From an uncultured Atribacterota bacterium (GTDB lineage Bacteria > Atribacterota > JALVIU01): 55,146 nt of DNA. Within the stretch, counting starts at the first letter, position 1, and every line of letters begins with the position of its first letter. Below the pieces are notes generated by a model. The model was not told where the DNA came from and did not search any database. It saw only the letters and a list, made by a program, of their open reading frames with translations. The DNA is taken from the NCBI GenBank assembly GCA_964462295.1, contig CAYWXH010000006.1:1-55146 (forward strand). Reading direction: 5' to 3'. Positions 23,241 to 32,388 of this stretch are shown piece after piece. A program made the translations under genes and the position numbers.

Positions 23241-24104
23241 ATGAAAAAGACGATATTTATATCAATCCTTGTTGTTCTTCTGGTATGGTTTTTTATGAGA
23301 GTACTCTTTGTGGTTCCAGAAAACAATCAAGTAGTAGTACTACAACTTGGAAAAATTGTGAGGGTGATACAAAAGCCAGGTTTAAAGTTTAAATTACCGT
23401 CTCCTATTCAGTCTACAATATTTTTTGAAAAAAGACTTATGTATTATGATTCACCACCTACAGAGGTTATTACAAAAGATAAAAAGACCCTTATTGTGGA
23501 CAGTTATGCCACCTGGAAGATAGTGGATCCAAAGAAATTCTTGATTTCTGTTAAAAATATAAATGGAGCTGAGGTAAGATTGGATGATATTATCTATTCA
23601 GAATTAAGGGTTGATCTTGGTTCATATACACTGTCTGACATAATTTCCAAAGAAAGAGAAAACATTATGAAAACCGTAACAGCTATATCTAATAAAAAGG
23701 CAAGTGAATTTGGAATAGAGATAGTTGATGTAAGACTCAAGAGGGCGGACCTACCCAAAGAAAATGAAAAAGCCGTTTTTAACAGAATGAAATCAGAAAG
23801 ACAAAGACAGGCAAAAAAGTATAGATCAGAGGGGAAAGAAGAGGCTGCAAAGATAAAGGCAGAGACGGATAAAGAGGCAAAGATTATAATGGCAGAGGCC
23901 TATAAAAAGGCGGAGATTTTAAAAGGAGAGGGAGATGCCCAAGCCATAAAGATATATGCAGAGGCATATGGGAAAGATCCCAATTTCTATAAGTTCTTGA
24001 AGTCATTAGAGGTATATAAGAATGCATTTAGTAAAGATGCTTCATTTATATTCACAAGGGATTCTAAGTTTTTAGAAGTATTTACTGAAAAGTTTTCTCA
24101 ATAA
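23241..24104 (+). CDS. hflC: SPFH protein HflC
   Basis: TM anchor, TKDKKTLIVD, DVRLKRADLP, RMKSER..QA..YRSEG, DPNFY.F.KSL..Y. Confidence 0.94.
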   Translation: MKKTIFISILVVLLVWFFMRVLFVVPENNQVVVLQLGKIVRVIQKPGLKFKLPSPIQSTIFFEKRLMYYDSPPTEVITKDKKTLIVDSYATWKIVDPKKFLISVKNINGAEVRLDDIIYSELRVDLGSYTLSDIISKERENIMKTVTAISNKKASEFGIEIVDVRLKRADLPKENEKAVFNRMKSERQRQAKKYRSEGKEEAAKIKAETDKEAKIIMAEAYKKAEILKGEGDAQAIKIYAEAYGKDPNFYKFLKSLEVYKNAFSKDASFIFTRDSKFLEVFTEKFSQ

Positions 24105-24107
24105 AAG

Positions 24108-26390
24108 ATGTCAAGAAGTAAAAGGATAAAGAGGAGAACAAGAAGAAGGGTAAATTGGTTTTTTATTTTTCTTGTGACCCTCTTTACCTTTACTTTTAAA
24201 TCTACCTATTTTGATATAGAACCAACTATCTTTATAAATGCTTTAGTTTTTAAATCTCAATTTATGCCCTCTATAACTCCTACCCCTATAGATGTAGATG
24301 TAGAGCTTTCAAAAGTGGAAGATCTACTTGAAAAGGGCCAATTACTCTTGGCAAAAGATAAACTAGATAGACTTATTGCAAAGGGGGTAACAGGGGGGAG
24401 GTTACATCTTCTTTTAGGTACTTTATATGATAGGATGTCCAGGGAATACAGGGAAAAATCTATCTCTGAGTTTCGCATGAGTGCCCTATATAAGGACACA
24501 AAAGATGAGGCCCTGTATGAGTTAGGAAAGATGTATTTTGCAAATAGGGCGTATAAAGATGCCCAAGCAGTATTTACAAAAATAGAAAGTATATATAAGA
24601 ATGACCCTTTGTTTTTGAAATATTTGGGTATGACTTATATGGAAGAAGGAGAATATATAAAAGGTAAAAAGGTGTTAGAGAGGGCCTTAAAACTTGCACC
24701 AAAAGATGAAGAGATAAAGGGATACCTTGCAAAGGTAAAGATGTTGAGTCCACCTTCTCCTACCCCTACTCAAAAGGTAATAGTAAAGAGATCTCCAACA
24801 CCATCTTCAGTATCTTTTGAGAAAAAAGTTATCTCATCTTATTTTAATATGGGAAGAGAATATAATGGGGATATTTTTGTAGTATCTGAAGATATTTCTC
24901 TTAAAGTTTCCTCAGATGGCTCATACAAAGAATCTATTCATCGGGTAATACTTATAAAAAATCCAAAGGTTTTAAAAGAAGGTATAAGGTTTCGCTATAA
25001 TAAAAAATATGTTAGCTTCTCTCTTTTTCTTTTAAAGGGCTTCAAAAGGAATGGAAAAGAGATTCCAGAGGATAAATTTGACTATGTTATAAAAACAGAC
25101 AGAGAAGAAAATGGGGTATCATATGAAGATGCTATAATTTCTCTTGATACAGAGGAGTCTATTATACTTGAATATAGATTTGAGGTTAATGTAAAATCTG
25201 TGGTTCATGGGAAATTCCAGTGTTTATTTCCGAATACATCTTACCCTGTTAAAGACAGGAGGTTAGAGTTTTTAATTCCTCAAGGTTTAAGCTTCAATAT
25301 ATATCCTAGAGAGGGTGTCCAAATAGAAGATAGAAAAGATTACAAGAGAGTTTTATTTAGTAACCCTTCTGATATGGTAGTTTTAAATAATTTTACCACA
25401 TGGATGGATGTTTGGGAGTATGGAACTACCCTTTTAAAGGATCTTAATATATCACTTGATGATATAGAAAATTCCCCAGAGGCTATATACAATAAGATAG
25501 TTTCTTATTATGATATCTTGGAAAGAGAAGATATGTATTTATTATTTATAGATTCCTTCTCTAACTCTTTAGAAAAAAACAAGGGAAACCTTTTATTATC
25601 TATCTTCTTATATAAAAAGTATATAGAAAATAATTTTAAGGTAAAACGAGCTATTTCAGGGCCTACATCTAAAATTGGTTTTCCTTTCTTTGGGTCAAAC
25701 ATAAAGGTTTTACTCTTTTTCTCTGAAAACAATATATATATAGAACCCTATCCTTTTTTAGTTTTTGGCGTTATAGAACCAGATATTGCAAAGGTATATT
25801 TTATTGATTCTGAAAAAAGGATGACAGTGCCTCCTATTTCCTATAATAAGAATATAAAGGAAGATTATTTAAAGTGCTCTTTATCTAAACTTGATAGTGT
25901 AGAACTTATTTCTTATACGCAAGGATTATTTGATTTTTTCTATAGAGGTATTTTGTATCATAAAAGCCATATATTAGATCCTAATATTTGGCTTTTAGCA
26001 CCTACTCTAACTATTTATAAAGTAGAGCCTTCCGATATTAATAGATTGGATGTTCCTTTTCAAGCAGTTGTTAAGGTTAGCCTTAATAACAATCTAAGTA
26101 ATATGAAATTTTTACCACCATATATATATCCCGTAAGTGTATGCAATTTCCCATTTATATTAAAGAGGAGAATAGAGATATTTTTGGGCAAGTACAGGGC
26201 AAAAGAGATTCCAAATGATATAATAATAAATAAGGAAGGATTTATCTATAAAGCGAAATTTTCTCTTTCTTCTGACAAGGAGAAGGTTTCTATAGATAAT
26301 ACTTTTATCTTAAAGAATAAACAGTTTTTATCTGAAATGGAAGAGGTTAAAAAAATGCTAAGTGAAAGTTATATTCTTTTGAATAAATAG
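24108..26390 (+). CDS. Membrane-anchored TPR + DUF3857-like protein; degenerate paralog of 18481-22185
   Basis: Basic N-terminus plus TM; TPRs; Pro/Ser/Thr linker (SPPSPTPT..SPTPSS). Segments parallel to the upstream paralog (VSSDGSY, SDINRLDVPFQ, EIPNDIII), but no catalytic Cys/His. Confidence 0.6.
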   Translation: MSRSKRIKRRTRRRVNWFFIFLVTLFTFTFKSTYFDIEPTIFINALVFKSQFMPSITPTPIDVDVELSKVEDLLEKGQLLLAKDKLDRLIAKGVTGGRLHLLLGTLYDRMSREYREKSISEFRMSALYKDTKDEALYELGKMYFANRAYKDAQAVFTKIESIYKNDPLFLKYLGMTYMEEGEYIKGKKVLERALKLAPKDEEIKGYLAKVKMLSPPSPTPTQKVIVKRSPTPSSVSFEKKVISSYFNMGREYNGDIFVVSEDISLKVSSDGSYKESIHRVILIKNPKVLKEGIRFRYNKKYVSFSLFLLKGFKRNGKEIPEDKFDYVIKTDREENGVSYEDAIISLDTEESIILEYRFEVNVKSVVHGKFQCLFPNTSYPVKDRRLEFLIPQGLSFNIYPREGVQIEDRKDYKRVLFSNPSDMVVLNNFTTWMDVWEYGTTLLKDLNISLDDIENSPEAIYNKIVSYYDILEREDMYLLFIDSFSNSLEKNKGNLLLSIFLYKKYIENNFKVKRAISGPTSKIGFPFFGSNIKVLLFFSENNIYIEPYPFLVFGVIEPDIAKVYFIDSEKRMTVPPISYNKNIKEDYLKCSLSKLDSVELISYTQGLFDFFYRGILYHKSHILDPNIWLLAPTLTIYKVEPSDINRLDVPFQAVVKVSLNNNLSNMKFLPPYIYPVSVCNFPFILKRRIEIFLGKYRAKEIPNDIIINKEGFIYKAKFSLSSDKEKVSIDNTFILKNKQFLSEMEEVKKMLSESYILLNK

Positions 26391-26399
26391 GAGGATAAA

Positions 26400-27662
26400 A
26401 TGTCTAAAGATGTAATAGCCTTCATTCTTGCAGGGGGCAAGGGTGGAAAACTTATAGTCCTTACAAGAAAGAGGGCAAAGGCAGCACTTCCTTATGGGGG
26501 AAAATATAGGGTTATAGATTTTACCCTAAGTAATTGTGTAAATTCAGGCATATTTGATATAGGCCTACTCACTCAATTTCGCCCTATGTCTCTTAATCAG
26601 CATATTGGTATAGGGAAACCATGGGACCTTGATAGATTAAGAGGCGGAATACAGATGTTTCAGCCTTATCTAAGAGATGAGGCATCTACATGGTATAGGG
26701 GAACTGCAGATGCTATCTATCAGAATATGGATTTCATAAATGATACTATGCCAGAAGATGTACTTGTACTATCAGGAGACCAAGTGTATAAGATGGATTA
26801 TTCGAAACTTATAAAATTTCATAGAGAGAGGGGGGCAAATATTACCCTATCTGTAACTTGGGTACCTGATGATCAAGCAAGAAGATTTGGAATGGTAGAG
26901 CTAGAGGGGAATAAGGTTGTCTCTTTTGAAGAAAAACCTGAACACCCTAAGAGTAATCTGGCATTTATGGGCATATACCTTTTTAAAAGAGAATTTCTTA
27001 CAGAAAGATTAGAGGAGATCATACAGGATGGAAGATATAGTCTTGTATTTGATATAGTTATGGAAAGTATCCTAAGAGATGAAGGAGTGTATGCATATAA
27101 CTTCTCTGGCTATTGGGAGGATATAGGCACTATAGAGTCTTATTATAATGCAAATATGGAGTTAGTAAAACCTCTCCCCAGATTTGACCTTTATGATAGA
27201 AACTGGATAATAAGAACAAAGAGTGAAGAAAAACCACCTGTAAAAGTAGGAAAAAATGCAAAGATTGTTCATAGTATAGTAGCAAATGGATGTATAGTAA
27301 ATGGGGAAGTTGTAAATTCTATATTATTCCCTGGTGTTTATGTTAGTGAAAATGCCAAAGTTGTAGATTCTATTGTTATGAATGATACCTATATCTCAGA
27401 GTTTTCTATAATAAATAAGGCTATACTAGATAAGGATATTTATGTAAATAAATATGTAATTATAGGAGAGGGAGATTATACGCCTAATGAAAAATACCCA
27501 ACCCTATCCTGTGGAATAACTACCATAGGAAAAGGGGCCCATATACCAGAAGGTACGAAAATAGGAAAGAACTGCCTTATAGATGCCTTTGTAGGAGCCC
27601 AAGATTTTCCTAGTAATATAATTCCTAGTGGGGTTAGTATATTAAAAGAAAAGGAGCTATAG
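26400..27662 (+). CDS. glgC: Glucose-1-phosphate adenylyltransferase family protein (GlgC/GlgD-like)
   Basis: ILAGGKG, GGKYRVIDFTLSNCVNSG, WYRGTADAIYQN, LSGDQ, FEEKP, YWEDIGT, C-terminal beta-helix. Confidence 0.85.
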   Translation: MSKDVIAFILAGGKGGKLIVLTRKRAKAALPYGGKYRVIDFTLSNCVNSGIFDIGLLTQFRPMSLNQHIGIGKPWDLDRLRGGIQMFQPYLRDEASTWYRGTADAIYQNMDFINDTMPEDVLVLSGDQVYKMDYSKLIKFHRERGANITLSVTWVPDDQARRFGMVELEGNKVVSFEEKPEHPKSNLAFMGIYLFKREFLTERLEEIIQDGRYSLVFDIVMESILRDEGVYAYNFSGYWEDIGTIESYYNANMELVKPLPRFDLYDRNWIIRTKSEEKPPVKVGKNAKIVHSIVANGCIVNGEVVNSILFPGVYVSENAKVVDSIVMNDTYISEFSIINKAILDKDIYVNKYVIIGEGDYTPNEKYPTLSCGITTIGKGAHIPEGTKIGKNCLIDAFVGAQDFPSNIIPSGVSILKEKEL

Positions 27663-27685
27663 CTCCTTTTCTTTTAATATACTAA
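27634..27685. terminator. Perfect 52-bp palindrome; bidirectional terminator between convergent glgC and tatA
   Basis: TTAGTATATTAAAAGAAAAGGAGCTA|TAGCTCCTTTTCTTTTAATATACTAA, with U-rich runs on both strands. Confidence 0.8.
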
Positions 27686-28023
27686 GTGTTTGCATTAATA
27701 TCTTCTTGTGTTATTGCCTCTTTATTCTCACCCTTTGATTCATCATATACAGTGGTATAAGGATTTTTTGTGATGGGCTTTTGAGTGTTTTCAGTTTTTG
27801 CTACATTAGGAGAGGTCTCTTTAGGGGGTTGAGGATTTGAAGCATTGGAAGTTGTAGGAGGTTCGTCGATATCGAATTCCTTTTTGATTTCATTAGTAGC
27901 TTTTTTAAATTCTCTTACTGATTTACCTATAGCTTTTCCCACCTCTGGTAGTTTACCTGGCCCAAATATTATAAGTGCTATTACAAGGATAAGTATAAGT
28001 TCTGGAAAACCTAAACCAAACAT
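27682..28023 (-). CDS. tatA: Twin-arginine translocase subunit TatA/E
   Basis: [42 protein letters not shown]; GGGGTG SD before ATG 28023. Confidence 0.93.
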   Translation of the reverse strand: MFGLGFPELILILVIALIIFGPGKLPEVGKAIGKSVREFKKATNEIKKEFDIDEPPTTSNASNPQPPKETSPNVAKTENTQKPITKNPYTTVYDESKGENKEAITQEDINANT

Positions 28024-28046
28024 AGAATTCACCCCGTTTTTTTATA

Positions 28047-28075
28047 ATAATACCACAAATGACTGAAAAATACAA
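28047..28075 (-). promoter_or_regulatory. Putative sigma70 promoter of tatA
   Basis: Minus strand TTGTAT-N17-TATTAT with TG at the extended -10 position. Confidence 0.5.
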
Positions 28076-28094
28076 TAAATATTCAAAAATAGTA

Positions 28095-28123
28095 TTGTAA
28101 AAAAAAGAGGTATGTGTTAGAAT
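28095..28123 (+). promoter_or_regulatory. Putative sigma70 promoter of aminotransferase-serA
   Basis: TTGTAA-N17-TAGAAT with TGn extension. Confidence 0.6.
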
Positions 28124-28135
28124 TATTACATAAAA

Positions 28136-28153
28136 GTGCAAAAATTTTTGCAC
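28136..28153. promoter_or_regulatory. 18-bp perfect palindrome, putative operator
   Basis: GTGCAAAAATTTTTGCAC between the promoter and the AGGAGG SD. Confidence 0.5.
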
Positions 28154-28171
28154 AAATATAGGAGGCAAAAA

Positions 28172-29317
28172 ATGAGAGAATATTTGTTGATTCCGGGTCC
28201 AACTCCTTTACCTCAGGATGTTATTCAAGCAATGAATAAAAACATGATTTCCCATAGAAGTGAAGAATATGGTAAGCTTTTAGAATATATACTTTCTCAT
28301 ATAAAAAAGATCTTGGGAACGAAAAAAGATGTAATAATCTTTCCTTCTTCAGGAACAGGGGGTCTTGAGGCTTCAATAGTTAATCTATTTTCGCCTGGAG
28401 ATAAAGTTCTCTCACTCTCTTGTGGCCATTTTGGAGATAGATTCCTTGAAATAGCCAAGCGATTTGGATTAAGTATAGAAAAGATAGATACTAAGTGGGG
28501 AAAGACTCCTGATCCCCATAAACTATATGAAACAATAAAAAAGGCAGGAGATATAAAAGGGGTACTTGTTACCCATAATGAAACATCTACAGGTGTAACA
28601 GTTAATTTAGAAGAGATAGGAAATGTTTTAAAAGAATTTCCTGATGTATTGTACATAGTAGATGGAGTAAGTTCAGTGGGTGCAATCCCCATAGAGCAAG
28701 ATAAAAATGGTATAGATGTAGTTATAACAGCTTCACAAAAGGCCCTTATGACACCCCCTGGAATCTCTTTAGTCTCCTTATCTGAGAAGGCATTAGAAAG
28801 AACAAAAGAAGCTAGATTACCCAGATATTATTTTGATTTTCAACTTGCACTTACATACCAGAATAAAGATATACCTCAGAATCCATATACCCCTCCTATA
28901 TCGTTAATTTATGGTCTCCATAAGGCCCTTATGTTAATAGAAGAAGAGGGGTTATCCAATAGGTTTAGGCGACATAGAATAATGAGAGATATGGTAAGAA
29001 GAGGACTTTCTTCTTTGGGATTGGAGCTTGTTGCAGATGACAAAGATGCCTCTTTTACTGTTACAGCTTCTTTTGTTCCCTATGGAGAGGATGAGAAAAT
29101 TATAAAAATACTTAAAGAAAAATATAGTATTACGATAAGCGGGGGGCAGGGAATGTTTAAAGGAAGGCTAATCCGTATAGGACATATGGGGGCAACAACT
29201 TATAGCGATATTTTATATTTTCTCTCTTCAATAGAAAAAATATTAGAAGGAAAAGAAGGTATTGCCCTTTATCCTGCCCAGAAAGTATTAAGAGAAATGG
29301 AGGAGAGTGATGTATAA
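28172..29317 (+). CDS. Class V PLP aminotransferase (serine-pyruvate/alanine-glyoxylate family; probable phosphoserine aminotransferase role)
   Basis: IPGPTP, SSGTGGLEA, HNETSTGV, DGVSS, ASQKAL..PPG, RIGHMG. AGGAGG SD supports ATG 28172; paired with serA. Confidence 0.88.
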   Translation: MREYLLIPGPTPLPQDVIQAMNKNMISHRSEEYGKLLEYILSHIKKILGTKKDVIIFPSSGTGGLEASIVNLFSPGDKVLSLSCGHFGDRFLEIAKRFGLSIEKIDTKWGKTPDPHKLYETIKKAGDIKGVLVTHNETSTGVTVNLEEIGNVLKEFPDVLYIVDGVSSVGAIPIEQDKNGIDVVITASQKALMTPPGISLVSLSEKALERTKEARLPRYYFDFQLALTYQNKDIPQNPYTPPISLIYGLHKALMLIEEEGLSNRFRRHRIMRDMVRRGLSSLGLELVADDKDASFTVTASFVPYGEDEKIIKILKEKYSITISGGQGMFKGRLIRIGHMGATTYSDILYFLSSIEKILEGKEGIALYPAQKVLREMEESDV

Positions 29318-30899
29318 GATTCTTATAAAAGAGAAAATTTCTGATGTAGCTATATCTTATCTTAATGAAAGGGCAAATGTGGTATTGGGATATGATTTTG
29401 ATAGAAAAAAATTTTTAGAGGAGCTTAAAGATGCCCATGCACTTATTGTAAGAAGTGGCACTAGGGTAACAGAGGATATACTTTCTACTGCAAAAAACTT
29501 AAAAGTTGTGGGACGGGCAGGAACTGGTGTAGATAATATAGATATAGAGGCTGCTACAAAACGGGGAATAATTGTGGTAAATACCCCTGATAGTAATACT
29601 ATTTCTGCAGCTGAACATACTTTAGCCCTTATTTTTGCATTACTTCGAAACATTCCTCAGGCATATCTTTCTATGAAAGAGGGAAAGTGGGATAGAAAAA
29701 AATTCCAAGGAAAAGAGCTAACGGGAAAAACTCTTGGGGTAATAGGACTTGGAAGAATTGGATATGAGGTTTCTGTAAGGGCAAAAGGTTTAAAAATGGA
29801 AGTTATCGCATATGATCCCTATATACCTGATAAAAGATTTGAAAGCGCTGGGATAAAACGTGCTAAAGACTTGAAGGAACTTCTCTCTTCCTCAGATATA
29901 GTTACCATTCACGTACCAAAAACTAAAAATAGGCCTGAGGTAATAGGTGAGGAGGAATTTCAATACATAAAAGAAGGGGTATATCTTATAAATTGTGCAA
30001 GGGGAGGTCTTATAAATGAAGAGCTATTGTATAAATATTTGAAAAGTGGGAAGGTAAAGGGGGCTGCATTAGATGTATTTTCCAAAGAACCACCTGATAG
30101 AAGTGATTTATTTGATTTACCAAATGTGATTTATACTCCTCACCTTGGTGCATCTACAAGTGAGGCACAATATAGGGCAGGACTTAGTATCGCAAAATCT
30201 GTACTCGATATTCTAAACGGTAAATTTGCACCCCATATTGTTAATATCCCACATCCTGGGGAAAATATTGAAGAAATAAAAGATTTTATAAGACTTGCTG
30301 AGGTTATGGGGGAGCTTTTTGTGCAGATAAGTAGAATGCCTGTAGATGAAATTACAATAGAATATATGGGAGATTTTGTAGAAGAAAATACATCTATAAT
30401 AGGTAGGTTTTTCTTAAAAGAATTTCTAAGACCTATAGTTCAGGATATAGTAAATTATGTAAATTCTCCCTTAATTGCAAAACGAAGAGGTATAAATGTA
30501 AAAGAGGTGAAAAATCCTGCATCCAAAAATTATAAAAACCTTATAAAGATTGTAGGAACCTCTGGAAATACGCATAATACCCTTGCCGGAACTGTTTTGG
30601 AGGGGGGAGATTTAAGGATCGTGATGATAGATGATTACCCAATAGATCTAACACCTTCTTCCAATATGTTAGTAGTTACCAATATGGATAAACCTGGTAT
30701 GATAGGAAAAGTAGGCACAATATTGGGGAAACATCACATAAATATAGCAGGCTTAAGACTTGGGAGAATTATCAAAGGTGATATGGCAAAGATTGTTTTA
30801 AACCTTGATGATGAAGTACCTAGAGATGTTATATTAGAGATAACAGAACAGGAAGGTATAGTAGATGCTATATTTGTGAAACTAAAAAATACTTTATAA
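29310..30899 (+). CDS. serA: D-3-phosphoglycerate dehydrogenase (with ASB and ACT domains)
   Basis: IVRSGT, GRAGTGVDNID, GLGRIG, INCARGG, TPHLGAST, C-terminal DKPGMIGKVG ACT domain. Confidence 0.95.
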   Translation: MYKILIKEKISDVAISYLNERANVVLGYDFDRKKFLEELKDAHALIVRSGTRVTEDILSTAKNLKVVGRAGTGVDNIDIEAATKRGIIVVNTPDSNTISAAEHTLALIFALLRNIPQAYLSMKEGKWDRKKFQGKELTGKTLGVIGLGRIGYEVSVRAKGLKMEVIAYDPYIPDKRFESAGIKRAKDLKELLSSSDIVTIHVPKTKNRPEVIGEEEFQYIKEGVYLINCARGGLINEELLYKYLKSGKVKGAALDVFSKEPPDRSDLFDLPNVIYTPHLGASTSEAQYRAGLSIAKSVLDILNGKFAPHIVNIPHPGENIEEIKDFIRLAEVMGELFVQISRMPVDEITIEYMGDFVEENTSIIGRFFLKEFLRPIVQDIVNYVNSPLIAKRRGINVKEVKNPASKNYKNLIKIVGTSGNTHNTLAGTVLEGGDLRIVMIDDYPIDLTPSSNMLVVTNMDKPGMIGKVGTILGKHHINIAGLRLGRIIKGDMAKIVLNLDDEVPRDVILEITEQEGIVDAIFVKLKNTL

Positions 30900-31688
30900 A
30901 AATAATTCCATTCCATCATATGCAGAAATCACTTCTATTTTTGTTTTATTTGATATCTCTTGTGCGATTTTTATAGGGTTCTGAGTAATAAGGGTGGTTC
31001 CAAAATGTGTTAAAATAACCTTTTTTGGTCTTATAATATCTATTATATTGTATACATCTTCTACTGATAGATGAAATATGTGAGTTTTACTCTCAGGGAG
31101 TAAGACATTTAGAATAACTATATCTCCCTTGTAGGAGGCTATTATATCTTCTCTAAATTTGGTATCTGTAATAAAAGAGATAGTCTCCTTTTTGTAGTTA
31201 ATTTTTATGCCATAGTTTTCTATTTTCTCCTCTTTGTCATGATACATCTTTTTGCCTGTTTCAAATGTGATATCCCCTATTTTATATCTGGAATTTTCTT
31301 TAAGTACCTCTATTTTCTCAGGAAATTCTCTAAGATACTTAAGGATTACAGGGTCTCCATTTAGTGCATCTTGTGGTGCAAATACTTTACCCCTTTTTCT
31401 CCTTCCTCCATGCGTCATTGCTTCAATCATAACATTTATATCCCCAGAATGGTCAAGGTGTTTATGGGAAAGGATGATGCCATCAAGTTTTTCTAAATTT
31501 ATACCCCTTCTTCTTGACCATAGGAGTGCCCCGGGCCCTGGATCAAAGTATAGTTTAGTATCTCCAATAGAGATCCAGAGCCCTCCTGTAGAGCGCATCT
31601 GAGTTATCATGGTAAACCTTGCTCCTCCTGTGCCTATAAATGCTATTTTGTCTTTATTGTCATCTATTATTTTTTTTATCCTTCCCAT
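30894..31688 (-). CDS. MBL-fold metallo-hydrolase
   Basis: FIGTGG, DPGPGAL, SHKHLDHSGD, TDT, HL, LTHFG, AYDG motifs. Confidence 0.88.
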   Translation of the reverse strand: MGRIKKIIDDNKDKIAFIGTGGARFTMITQMRSTGGLWISIGDTKLYFDPGPGALLWSRRRGINLEKLDGIILSHKHLDHSGDINVMIEAMTHGGRRKRGKVFAPQDALNGDPVILKYLREFPEKIEVLKENSRYKIGDITFETGKKMYHDKEEKIENYGIKINYKKETISFITDTKFREDIIASYKGDIVILNVLLPESKTHIFHLSVEDVYNIIDIIRPKKVILTHFGTTLITQNPIKIAQEISNKTKIEVISAYDGMELFL

Positions 31689-31694
31689 AACACA

Positions 31695-31703
31695 ATTATA
31701 GCA
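31695..31703 (-). promoter_or_regulatory. Extended -10 promoter (TGCTATAAT) 6 nt before the ATG; leaderless-type
   Basis: Minus strand reads TGC-TATAAT-TGTGTT-ATG with no SD. Confidence 0.6.
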
Positions 31704-31731
31704 TAGAGGAGAAAATTTTTTTAAAAAGGTA

Positions 31732-31760
31732 TTGACATTCTACCGACTGGTAGGTAAAAT
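31732..31760 (+). promoter_or_regulatory. Sigma70 promoter with an embedded palindromic operator
   Basis: TTGACA-N17-TAAAAT; the spacer holds CTACC-GACT-GGTAG (31740-31753), a TetR-type inverted repeat. Confidence 0.8.
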
Positions 31761-31779
31761 AATAACAGAGGTGAGGATA

Positions 31780-32382
31780 TTGAAAAATACAAAAAGGGCG
31801 ATAATCCAAATTGCACAAAAACTTTTTTCAGAGAAAAGTTACCACAAGGTCTCTATGGATGAGCTTGCGAAGGCCCTGAATTTAAAAAAACCTACTCTTT
31901 ATTATTATTTTAAAGGAAAGAAAGAACTTTTCTTTTCAATATGGAAAGAGAGTTTTGAGAGTCTTGAGGAATATATATTTACTAGAGTAGATAAGAAAGA
32001 TACCCCATATGAAAAACTCGAGGAGTTTATAAAGGCTCACCTTGATTTTATAGAGAAACATAGAGAACTTTTTTTAATTTTGTATAGAGAAAGATTTGAC
32101 TTTTTAAACATAGGAGAGCTTAAGGAGAATTTAAGTCTTAGCTTGGGTCAGGATTTTGCAAAGTTTATGAAAAGACTTAGGGAGGTGATAGAGGAGGGGC
32201 AGAAGATAAATATTTTTAAGACATCAGGTGATCCACTTGATATTGCTTATTATCTACTAGGTATAATCTATATTACTGCATGGAGATGGTTAGCTGGTGA
32301 AATAGATGATCTTTCTTCACAAAGTAATGCAATTACATCTGTCTTTACTGAAGGTCTTTTTTCTCGAGAAAATAGGAGGTGA
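31780..32382 (+). CDS. TetR/AcrR family transcriptional regulator
   Basis: A..LFSEKSY..VSMDELAK..N.KKPTLYYYFKGKKELF HTH. Start at TTG 31780 (GAGGTG SD); the ORF-track start 31732 is the -35 box. Confidence 0.92.
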   Translation: MKNTKRAIIQIAQKLFSEKSYHKVSMDELAKALNLKKPTLYYYFKGKKELFFSIWKESFESLEEYIFTRVDKKDTPYEKLEEFIKAHLDFIEKHRELFLILYRERFDFLNIGELKENLSLSLGQDFAKFMKRLREVIEEGQKINIFKTSGDPLDIAYYLLGIIYITAWRWLAGEIDDLSSQSNAITSVFTEGLFSRENRR

Positions 32383-32388
32383 GCGAAA

